A stretch of DNA of 64,000 nucleotides from Laetmonice hystrix (lineage: Eukaryota). The notes under the pieces were generated by a model, which saw only the letters and a list, made by a program, of their open reading frames with translations, did not search any database and was not told the origin of the DNA. Position numbers and translations under genes: made by a program. This document shows positions 1 to 11,300 of this stretch, piece by piece (the stretch's first letter is position 1; each line of letters begins with the position of its first letter). The DNA is taken from assembly GCA_965235115.1 (NCBI GenBank), contig OZ249445.1, positions 4,216,001 to 4,280,000 of the forward strand, given 5' to 3'.

Positions 1-1524
1 CCACCTTTCATTATGAGGTAATACCTCAGCACGCATTACGCTATTTTTAGGCTAATTTCTTGTGGATAATTGCTAGGAAGCAGTCGAAGTGAATAATTAT
101 TGACCTTGACAACACAAGGCCTGTCCAGTCAGCTGTCACAAGTTGTCACTTGATCATGGGTCTCCGAGACCGTCCCATGTATCCCTCACATTACAAAGAG
201 AACTGAGGAGGCAACAATTGGTTGCCAGGTCAATGGGTGCAGACAGTGGAGGGGGCGCGCTATAGTGGGTGGCGGGCACTGATAGCATGCTGTGGATGGC
301 ATGTCCGAGGGAAAATTGTGAACATGAGAATATGTTTTAGATATTATAATAGATCTTATGAATATACATAATTATATACTACATATCAAGACTACAGATA
401 AGTTAATTCAGTGACTATGTATGCACAGGCTGTTCATAGAAGTAGGGACAAGATCAACTTTCAGGTAGTTTTCCAATAACTGACTGTTTAAGGGGCGTTT
501 ATCGCTAAGTTACACGACCCCTTCAAACTGGATCTCCCAAACAGACAGATGACTGGCAACTGAAGTGTCCATGGTTACTGTATATAGCAGCCGTGTTTAC
601 CGTCTGGGTATACGGTAATTATTTAATACGACCTAATTACAATCAGAAATCAATGACCAATACAGCGTCAGTGGAACTACTTGAAACGAAATGATTGCCC
701 CAGATTGTAGTTGTAGTTGCCACAAAGGCAGGCGGGTCTCACAAGGCCCCATGCCGACTGGCACACAATAATGTCTTTATGAACGTGATGGCAAACAATT
801 ACTCTTCAAACGGTACAAAAAGTCGACACACAGTGCGTGTTGCCTGGGTTACGTGTGTACCGCGCAACAAGAAAGGTTAGGCTACTACTATAGACACCTT
901 TAATCTAGATTCAAAGCGTTCCAGATTGCTGCCATGTAAAAACAAAAGACCTGAATTGCTGTCAAAAAGTATTCGACCTTCTTACGTCATAATTTTACAG
1001 TTATTACATTCCAAACTAAACAAAATCGTATTTGGGACCTATTCAATGAGACGCCATTGGTTAAATATCAGGCAAGTGCTGTCTAAAAATAGTAAACACA
1101 TGCGTAACAATGTGATGGTCTGGAACCGTAGCCTTTGTGTGTGCACCAGTCACGAGTTTCCATTATTGGGGTTATTTGAGGTTAATTTGGGAGTCACCGT
1201 CAATCTTCTTTGTCTGTCTACCTGAAGGCCCATTGTATCCCAATATAGTAACTGTGTGGGCAGCGTGCTATCTCTCTATGTATAAAATAAACTTACCAGG
1301 CCAGTTTAGGACCGTTAACTAAAGGAGGAGTGGGGGTTGATTCAGTGGGGCTCCAATTAATTAGAGCATCAGGAACGTGATTGAGTAATTCACGGGCCTA
1401 CTGGGCATGCAGCGCTGTAAGCTTCAGTCAATGAGTCCAGACTTTTAGATGATATATCTAAACTGTCACGGATAGATTCTGACGTTACCTGAAGTCACCC
1501 CCACCCCCTTCCCTGAATTCCTGG

Positions 1525-1544
1525 CCCCGCCCTTGGTGACGTCA
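1525..1544 (+). promoter_or_regulatory. GC box plus perfect CRE palindrome, candidate promoter of the collagen-TM gene
   Basis: CCCCGCCC at 1525-1532 and TGACGTCA at 1537-1544, about 100 bp upstream of the candidate ATG at 1650. Motif match only. Confidence 0.35.
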
Positions 1545-1649
1545 TGCGTACCAGAGACAACCCTTCCCATTCTCAGCCCCGTGACTCCTGGCTGCCTCCC
1601 AAGGTCAAACCGTAGATGACCTTTCCAGATTTATCCGACCCATCGAGAG

Positions 1650-1751
1650 ATGAACCTTGACGTCTGTGTATGTTCTGTTTACAGGGGCGGCCATGGGAAC
1701 CAATGTGTAATCATATCTAACATTGCTGGGTCGATACTGGTGTTGATATCT
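1650..1751 (+). CDS. Candidate first coding exon (signal-peptide-like) of the collagen-TM gene
   Basis: ATG at 1650 opens MNLDVCVCSVYRGGHGNQCVIISNIAGSILVLIS. It ends in phase 0 at a GTGAGG donor, matching the phase-0 start of the collagen exon at 2133, and its C-terminal half is hydrophobic. Could be chance; an acceptor (tttacag) at 1684 offers an alternative internal-exon model. Confidence 0.35.
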
Positions 1752-2132
1752 GTGAGGGGTTGAGGAGACAACATACCCTAATAGAGGGATAATGAGGGCA
1801 TGTTGTATTGTGGCGTAACAGCCAGACTAACGATATAACCATGCCAACCAATGGTAGCATCAACAGTAGAGTCGGGATGGACCGCACGTGGGGCCGGGGG
1901 TTGTAGGAATAACCCCTGGGGCATCACAGAGGGGTGTCATAGATCACCCAAATTATAATAGCCAAGTCCAAATTCAGATGATTTTCCTGGTCCAAAAGCC
2001 TGACCATTCCTCCATTATGGCACGTATTTGTGTGAATACGCGCACCACTATATCTTTTTTTTCGCTGAGTCAGTGATAATCTGTTACCTGATTGCAGCCA
2101 ACATGATAAATAACTCTGTATGTTTGTTTCAG

Positions 2133-3762
2133 GGAGAACGTGGACAAGCTGGTGTTCCAGGACCAGTCGGTCCAGCAGGACCACAGGGAGAAGCCGGTCC
2201 CCCTGGTCCCCCCGGTCCCCCTGGCCCAGCAATTGACAACAACATCAACAACAACGGTACAGTTGAACTGGTCGGACCAGCCGGTCCCACGGGCCCCCAG
2301 GGACCGGCAGGGACCGCCGGCTTGCCTGGACCGAGGGGTCTACCAGGGACGAATGGTCTTCCCGGCGTGAACGGTGTGGCTGGTCCTGTCGGTCGTCCCG
2401 GTCGTCCCGGTCCCCCCGGTCCACCAGGCAAGGATGGCATTGACGGCAAGGATAGACAGAACCATATCGGAGGACAGACCCTGACGGGCAGCGGCGGTGA
2501 ACCGAGTAAAGGTAAGCTATAATCATGATGAACTTGTAGGTTACCTGTATACATTGAAATATACCAACCCTGGTCATTCTCTTATTAGTCTTTACCCCCA
2601 CTCATCCCACATAGATACCCCCTGGAATTCCCACAGGTACCTGCAACCAACACCACATAGTTTACACCTGAGCTAACCTTATGACAGGCGCACCTTGACG
2701 GAGAAATGTGCATGTTATGTGCTCAGTTCAAACACAGACCACCAGGTGGCCGACATGCACGCGCAGTGCCCACGCCGCGTGTAGGGGCCAGCAGACCGAC
2801 CCCCCCCCCCCACCCCACCACCAGTGTTGATCACAAGGCCGCCCGCCCACCCTCTCTCCCCCTCATTGTATCATCCAGGTGTCACAAAGGCTGGGTGGTT
2901 CCTCGGTGGGGCCCTAACCCCGAATACCAACATGACCTTTTGAACGGGTCAAGCTGCTAGATATAGAATGACCCGACATGTCATTGACCCTCTTGGCCAT
3001 ACTAAACAAAAACCCGACGGCAAACATCAAGATACAGATCGACCTCAGAACAAAGTGGCCGAGTAATGTAGTGGTGATTTTACACAATTACAGGCTGCAT
3101 AAACTAAAGGACTAGGTGGCCGGTAGAAGGAGTAGGCGTACAGTTTACTACAAACGTCATGCCTGGGGTTTCTACTTTTAGCTATTCAACATTTTAAGTG
3201 CCCTGGTATGGAGGGGTTCTGTTGTCGGTGGTGAGGGAATAAATAATTATTTGATTATTTGATTAACCCGGTGTTATTTTCTCCTCTTTCAGCGGCCACC
3301 ACTTCCAAGGATATCTGGTCCGACCCCATGTTAGTGATGATCCTGGTCATCTGGCTAGCTGTTGTCACCTTCCTTATGATCATCCTTATCATAGCCGCCT
3401 GCTGTTTCTGCTGCCGTTACCGGGCCAAGCAGGCTGGGGCACACACCGACCGGCCAACCTACCCGTCCGCCTACGATCCCACCGCTAAGTTTGACTTCCA
3501 GTACCTGGAAGGACCCGGTGGGCGTGTTTCGGGCCTCCAGAGGGCGCCCTCAGACATCAAGGCTGAGTGGATGAACAGCATGCGCGAGGACACGTTCAAA
3601 GACTACTGCCTGGACACGATCGAGCGCGACCCCTCCCGGAGAGGCCCACACTCCACTCCCGTGGCTGAGGCAGGCGCCTCCTCTGTGGAGATCATCGATA
3701 ATAACTCCTTCCTCGTCGCCAACACCAGCGCCGTCACAGAGCAGGAGTTGTTGTGTTATTGA
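2133..3762 (+). CDS. Collagen triple-helix-containing single-pass membrane protein (last two coding exons 2133..2511 and 3293..3762)
   Basis: Exon 2133..2511 (tttcag|...|gtaagc) encodes 11+20 Gly-X-Y triplets split by [15 protein letters not shown] phase-1 splice to 3293 (ctctttcag|) gives [12 protein letters not shown], a hydrophobic segment [29 protein letters not shown], basic RYRAK and a cytoplasmic tail ending ELLCY, with TGA at 3760-3762. Confidence 0.8.
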
Positions 3763-3767
3763 AGAAA

Positions 3768-3894
3768 CCACTCCCTATTATAGGCAAACCACCCCTCTGT
3801 GGCCACTCCTTATTCTAGGCATACCCGTCCTCTGTGGCCACTACTTATTATAGGCATAGCCGCCCTCCGTGGTCACTACTTATTATAGGCAAAT
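3768..3894. repeat. 35-bp tandem repeat, about 3.6 copies
   Basis: Units like ccactacttattataggcatagccgccctccgtgg start at 3768, 3803, 3838 and 3873, directly after the stop codon. Confidence 0.75.
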
Positions 3895-5925
3895 CACAGC
3901 TTTTCACCATCACGACCATTATGAATCAACACATGGTCATGAAAGAAACTTTCCTACATTTTCAAACGTTGGACATGGTACATTTCCGACCTCGGCTAAT
4001 TAAGAAAGGACTACAACTTCCGCAGTTGTCAGCCTGACGAACAGAGGTTTTTGGGATAAGGAGGTTGTTTTTGATTTTGGGGTTGTTACACCTGGTAAAA
4101 CCGTAAGGAATCAGGAAGATTCTGAGATATACACAAAGAATGATGATGAACCATTTATACTGATATATTTTATCACATCAGGTTTCATTTATAATATTAC
4201 CATTGATGTCTCAAACATGCCAAACAAATCCTCATCATAATGATAACAGTCGCACGTCATAATATCATCAATAATCATGACCATCGCCATCATAATCATC
4301 CTGGAACAGTTGATACTATTCTCGATTGTTTTATCTTGTGTACAGTTAATCTACCTGTATATTTGTAGTTCACAAGTTCCTCCATGGGGAAGCTTGAAGG
4401 CTGTTTATTCCTGCCCTGGATTGGTCGCGGGAAGCAATGTTTTTTCTCACCAGTGGAGCGACTGGTGATTGTATTATACAGATGATGAAAGGGCAGTCTG
4501 GTTCGGAACTGTGTGTTATAACAGCTCATGTTAACTGTATGTCAGCCAATCGGCCTTGGAAATATGTAAATGTAGCAGTTAGCTTATATCTCACCCGTAA
4601 TGGGTTCCATGTTAACGACGTATATGTGCAGGTCGCATCTTATGTTTTATAATGTGTGAAAAACTTACAATTTCAAACTGACGGTACCCCGACAGAACGG
4701 GTCAATCCGCACAGTTTCACCAGGCCAATGTTTCAGACTCAAATTCTTGGTGCGTATACAAAGTTTCATTATAACCAGGGCCCATTTCATACACCAGTGC
4801 AAGTATAGCCTCGGACCAGTATTATTTCGCTGTGATTGGATGAATATAACTTCAAACTAACTATGATCTAAACTGAAACTTGTGAACCGGTCCCCTTCTT
4901 CGGTATTGTGAGAAAAGCAGAAGTGAAGTTGTTCTGCTGATCTACACAGGTTAACTAAGTAAACAAACAAGCAATAATAAAATAGAAAATACAGCAGAAC
5001 TCCGTAATGTAGATATTTATAGGTAATAGTTAGAATAGACTTTGTACATGATGTAGTGAAGTTGTGCAAGCGTGTGTGTGTGACTACAGGTGCGTGTGTG
5101 GACGCACATGGGGGGCACGTTATTAACCACCTGTACGTGACGTTATTGTTATTGTTCATCAGCGGGGAACGCCCTAGTGAAATAAACTGATTATAACCGA
5201 AGTGATCTCGATTGTCTTGTTTGTAAGGGGTGGGGGCATTTCCCCCCTAAAACATTTAAGGTTGGGCGGTTTCTTGGGCCCCATACCTACGTCCCCCAAA
5301 ACGAAGGACCGCTCCAATCGAGATTGATTCTGGGACCAGTGCTTCCACCTGGCGGCAAGGCATCTCTTGACAGTTTCCACTGAAAGCCAGTCAATGTCCT
5401 GATTACTAAACGGCGCCATAATTTCGTAGAATAGATTGCTATTCTACTGAGAACAAGTCACAATCTTAAAGAAGTGTTAACGCTTGAAGGTTGGTGTTGT
5501 TCAGGATTACACCAGGTGGCGCCTCGATCTCAGTTCAAGGAAGGACATGGACGTGAGAGATTGGATTATAATTCGGCCAATCTTAGAGTCACTGACGGAG
5601 GCAGGAACTCTGAATTCACCACCAACATTCAGAATCCCTTGGTTTCTTGCACCTTGCACCTTGTTCTGAGTCTGCTCCTTGGTTGAGTGTTTTCATGGAG
5701 AGGTCCCCATTGATTGGAGTTGGGTTGTCTCCCCATGGCCAGGTGTGGGGAATATGGTGGGTAGACTCTCTCATCGACTAGTGTATGAAAGCATCAGTCA
5801 TACCAACATCACTCACAGGTGGCGCTGCATGGTGGACCGCCGCCAACTCTGGCGCTGGTTATAATGGACACCGCACAATGGGTGGGGTGAGGCGGTACAC
5901 GCACTGTCTCATCACAATCATCTTG

Positions 5926-6030
5926 ATGATGATGATGACGTGGGACGATGATGGCGATGAGGATGAAGAAGAAAAGAAGAAGACGTTCAAGAGAGGTAGA
6001 AGAAGATGGAGGAGAAAAGAAAGATCGAGA
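5926..6030. repeat. Low-complexity (GAT)n/(GAA)n purine-rich tract
   Basis: gatgatgatgatgacg...gatgaagaagaaaagaagaag...; no splice or homology support for coding. Confidence 0.6.
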
Positions 6031-7232
6031 AAAATAATCTAGTTGCGTCGCCAGTGGTAATCTGGTGTGCACCGAATGGGTGCACCAATGGGTGCACCAA
6101 TGGTAATCTGGCGTGCACCGAATCTAACATGTATATTCTTTGGCTGCTTGAACTGTGAAATTAACTGACGGTTTATCCGGTCAGTTCGGTTCCGACTAGA
6201 ATGTGTCCGGATTATGAGATCTAGGGATTGCCAAGTTATTTCAAATAAAGAATGGGAGAAGAGTTCACCGGAAAGGGTATTTGGATTATGAAGGGTAAGG
6301 ATTAACGAAGCGCCCTTGGTTTGTTTCTCTGGTTCTAATTTAATCTCTGCATAATAAATGCGCCAACAACAGGAATGGGCCTCCGCACAAAGGTATATCG
6401 CGGAGCCAGGGCACTTCTCCTTATATCCTCTTCCTCCTATTTCCTCTTCCTCCTATTTCCCCTTATACCCGGAAAGAGCAGGGAAAGCAATTGCCCGTCA
6501 CAAAAAGAGCGCCTCCAAATTCTCGTAGTTTTCTGTCCCTCCTCTCACCCTTGTACAAACACCACGGACCGACATATATGTCAGTATACAATGCTGACGG
6601 TTATAGCTCGGGGGGGGGGGGTGGTTAACGGAAATCACGAACCAGGGGGCGCTGTGCATCCTGTCTACCTGTCTGTAAGGTCGATAGAAGCGGCGGAGGC
6701 GATCCCTGCTCGTGGTGGGAAATTTGCCCGGCTGATAACAGCTGACGCTAAGACGGAAGTTAGTCCGCGCCCCGACCCGCCTACCTGACAACGGCGGTCG
6801 CTAAGGGCTCACTCTCCATTCCCGTGGTCGTGTGATCAGCCGTGCTGGAGTACGCTTGGATGGTCGCACTGCTCTCTCCCTTCACTACACCTTATCATCA
6901 CTTTCTTGGAATATAGATATTTATTAATCTTAATTAGGGCGACCTTAAATTATTCTTGAAAACGGAGCTGTGCCGGTGATGTGACATGGTTACAATCATT
7001 CGAGGAGAGAGGACATTTCTATCCCAGGAGCCCAGCCGAAAACCTGATTCCATAACCACTTTTAGCCTCTTCAGTGTGGACTTTAACAGCCAGATTATGA
7101 GACCTGAGGAAGTCCATCGCGATTACCATCCACTGATTGAGTTTGAGAAATACCACGGGCGATTTGATCTCGGAGTATTCTTTATTCCTGAATCAGGTTT
7201 GTTCCTTTTTGATATCGATGTTCATAGCCTGG

Positions 7233-8060
7233 GAACAGCGGTACAACTGGTAAACCTCAGGACAGTGCTACATATCAGAGAGATTACTGAATGAAGGAAC
7301 GGCGGTACGACTGGTAAACCTCAGGACAGTGCTACATATCAGAGAGATTACTGAATGAAGGAACAGCGGTACGACTGGTAAACCTCAGACAGTGCTACAT
7401 ATCTGAGAGATTACTGAATGAAGGAACAGCGGTACGACTGGTAAACCTAAGGACAGTGCTACATATCAGAGAGATTACTGAATGAAGGAACAGCGGTACG
7501 ACTGGTAAACCTAAGGACAGTGCTACATATCAGAGAGATTACTGAATGAAGGAACAGCGGTACGACTGGTAAACCTCAGGACAGTGCTACATATCAGAGA
7601 GATTACTGAATGAAGGAACAGCGGTACGACTGGTAAACCTCAGACAGTGCTACATATCAGAGAGATTACTGAATGAAGGAACGGCGGTACGACTGGTAAA
7701 CCTAAGGACAGTGCTACATATCAGAGATATTACTGAATGAAGGAACAGCGGTACGACTGGTAAACCTCAGGACAGTGCTACATATCTGAGAGATTACTGA
7801 ATGAAGGAACAGCGGTACGACTGGTAAACCTCAGGACAGTGCTACATATCAGAGAGATTACTGAATGAAGGAACAGCGGTACGACTGGTAAACCTCAGAC
7901 AGTGCTACATATCAGAGAGATTACTGAATGAAGGAACGGCGGTACGACTGGTAAACCTCAGACAGTGCTACATATCTGAGAGATTACTGAATGAAGGAAC
8001 AGCGGTACGACTGGTAAACCTCAGGACAGTGCTACATATCCGAGAGATTACTGAATGAAG
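7233..8060. repeat. 64-bp minisatellite, 13 copies
   Basis: Unit gaacagcggtacgactggtaaacctcaggacagtgctacatatcagagagattactgaatgaag, starting at 7233, 7297, 7361, 7424, 7488, 7552, 7616, 7679, 7743, 7807, 7871, 7934 and 7997 (63-bp variants lack one g). Confidence 0.95.
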
Positions 8061-8360
8061 CCATGCACGGAATCCTTTAACTTCACTCTCTATATGACAA
8101 AAGGAGAGAAGAACGTTGAGAACATGAGAAAAACATCCTCCCGTTTTTTCCAAACACACTCCACCGTATAGCCATCCGTGCTGAGTGGCAATAAGCTTTC
8201 CGTATAGCAGTAATTATTTGATTTTTAAACAATTCAACTGGGAATCGACAACACGTTTTGAGAGGAGGTTAATCAACCCTGTTTTTCCCCCGTTGATGAC
8301 AAGCGGAAGGAATGGTGTAGGGATGCTGGTCAAGGTGCACTGACCGGGCCGGCCGACACG

Positions 8361-11300
8361 ATGCCGGGCGAGGCGGCTGACCGGAGGCGGGCGAGTGGTG
8401 TGCCCGGCCGGTCCCTCTCTCTCATCCCGACCCTATCGGCCGAGAAGTCCATCACCCCAGGCCGGGCGGACAACCGGGTCGTCATTAACGTGGGTGGTGT
8501 CCGCTACGAGACATACAAGTCAACCTTGAAGAACATACCCGACACCCGGCTCTCCTGGATTACGGAGACAACCGCCCACAACTCCGACTATGACCCCGAC
8601 ACGGGCGAGTATTTCTTTGACCGCCACCCGGGGGTGTTTAACATGATCATCAACTACTACCGTACGGGTAAACTTCACGCCCCTGTCGACGTGTGCGGGC
8701 CTATGTTTGAAGAGGAGTTAGCGTTCTGGGGTATTGACGAGAAGCAGATCGAGCCATGTTGTTGGATGACGTATCGCACACACAGAGACGCTCAGGAGAC
8801 GCTAGCCGAGCTGGACGATGACGGAGCCGCTGGCTCGGACAGTGACGACGATAATGTGGCGGCACGGTTTGGTATCCTTGAGGACGACCTTCCCACGGTG
8901 GGGTGCTGGGAGAGGTGGCAACCTCGAGCCTGGTCACTCCTTGAGGAACCCTATTCTTCCAAAGGCGCACAGGTGAAGCCCGGTGTCTTTCTTGTTGTCT
9001 TTGTTGTCCTTCGTGTCCCTTCACTTTCAACTTCTTTTTTTCTAAATTGTGCGCTATCCCTTCTCTTCCACATAACCATCCTCTTGGTCACCACCTACTT
9101 TCTCGTCTTCTCCTGCTGGAGCTTGTTCTTCCTGTAGCATTTCTCCTCTCCCTCCTCTTGTTTTGTCTCCTGGGGTGCCCCCCCCCCCGTTAATCCTAAT
9201 ACTGACCTCCTTCTCGGTGTCATGGGGAAGGTATCTGACCTCCTGAACTATGAAATATTCCCAGTAACCGTTAGCGTGCACCTTATAAATGCACATTGTG
9301 TGCACCTGGTACATGTAAATGCCTTGTACGCACCGAGTACGTGGAGTACACGGAATCGGGCATTAATTCATTGATATTGGAACCGGCAACGATAACTGAG
9401 ACATCTAACATCCATAATCTCAGTTAGTCTGGTTCACCTGTCATCAAGAGCTGCTAATTTAACATGAAGCACTTGAAACTACTTATGGAGTAAGAGGCCT
9501 AATGGGGTAGTACTGATCAGAAGTAATCGCCGGTTTTGTTTGTTTTAATAACAATATATCGAGATCGGAAAAGTTCATGATGTCTGGCATTGTGTCCTTC
9601 GTTGTAATAAACAAACTGTTATTTTACAAACTCAAAGAATGTCAAGTCAATATCCTTCAAAATATCTAATAGTTTAATTTGTTGAATGACCTACTATTAC
9701 CACGGTCCCAAACGTTACAACGTTACAATATACAACCCCTGGCCTCGGCCGACGAGGATAAAGTGAGTAGTATATGGAAAGAGTCAGTATTGTCAGGTAC
9801 CGACGGCAAACCACGCAATGCCTTGAATGGTGGCCTGCATGGCGTATCCCTTTACATGGAGGTTTATCTTATTGAAATCTAGGATCAACAACTTTACATA
9901 ACCTTTCCGTCATGATTTCTCAGAATCAAATCCTCCAAAGCTTTAGTATGAACTAGCAGACTGACAATCCATATCTAGAAGGGGGCTTAGACACAAGTAC
10001 GATATGCATCCTCCCTTTCAGTTTTGTTATTGTATTATTGATTGTGTGGTTTGCGTTCTTTCTACCTGAACCTACTTTGTTGTATTAATAACCTGCCAGT
10101 CACTGAGTGTCAGTTGTACCCCAGCTGTTGGTACGTGTGTATGTGAGTTGTATGTCGGTATCAACTGCAGACCATGTTATGCCGCCAAACAACAACAACT
10201 CTATAGGGTGTTATATTTACCTGTTTCCCTGATTACAAAACTTTCCTGTGTTTGACAGGTGATACCTAACCTCAGCCAAATATAAAATATCATCTCTAAC
10301 GACGTACAAACAAGTGTATAACTATATTTTATCATCTACAACAGCATCAGAAGACAAACTGTCAATTTTTAGATACGGGAACCATTGAAGTCTGTTGTTC
10401 ATGCAGAGGTGGACATTAATTCAGTTGTTCATACAATGAACACTGTGCCACACGCAGCACACATGCAGTAACGTAATGATCCAAAGTTGGCAATGGAACT
10501 CCCAGCATGCACCCAACCAATATATCGTACACTACATGTCCATATCGTATGTGAAAGGTCTGTCGATACTTTCTGCAGGTCGTGATATTCTACGGGTACC
10601 CATGATTCCTTCCCCACTTAGGCCTACTAGTACAGTGTATATGACTGCTTAAATTATCTTGCTACCATATACCATTATACATGCCTATACCATTATATTA
10701 TTCCTCATCTATAATTATTCAGTCTATTGGAAATGTGCGTATAGACGAACCAGCTATCACTTTATTTTTCTATTTAAGCTATCGTTTTTCCTTGACAGGT
10801 CATGGCTGCCACGTCCATGATGTTCGTCATACTATCTATCGCCTCGTTTTCACTCGAGACGCACGTCTACTTCCGGCGTCCGATCGACCCTAACGTGACC
10901 CTTGACGATTCGTGGGCCGTGTCTAGAATTAACACTGACTCGCTTCCCCTAGCGATCTTTGACTACGTCGACTACACCTGCGTGGGATATTTCACCATTG
11001 AACTAATACTACGTTTGACGTTCTGCCCAGACAAATTGGACTTCTTCAAACATGCACTAAACTGGGTAGATTTACTATCAGTCTTGCCATTTTATATAGA
11101 AAAGCTGATACGTGCTTTCGTTCTGTTAAATGGCTTTACAGTTCAGCTTTTTAAAACAATACGCGTAATTCGCATCTTTCGTATCTTCAAATTGACTCGA
11201 CATTTTAGTGGCCTCAAGATTTTGGGCCACACTATAAAAGCTAGTGCCAAAGAGATGCTTCTACTTATCATGTTTCTTGTGATCAGCATACTCATCTTTG

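Noticed and set aside
1924-2601. Minus-strand and alternative-frame ORFs over the collagen exon
   Set aside because: Shadow ORFs caused by the GC-rich Gly-X-Y codon pattern.
4850-6800. ORFs of 60-137 aa between the collagen-TM and Kv3 genes
   Set aside because: No recognisable domain, no consistent splice pattern, and partly low-complexity.
7260-7271. REST/RE1-like GGACAGTGCT in the minisatellite upstream of a neuronal channel
   Set aside because: Only the right half-site is similar; the TTCAGCACC left half is absent.
7233-8060. CRISPR-like regular array
   Set aside because: Units are contiguous near-identical copies with no unique spacers, there are no cas genes, and the context is eukaryotic.
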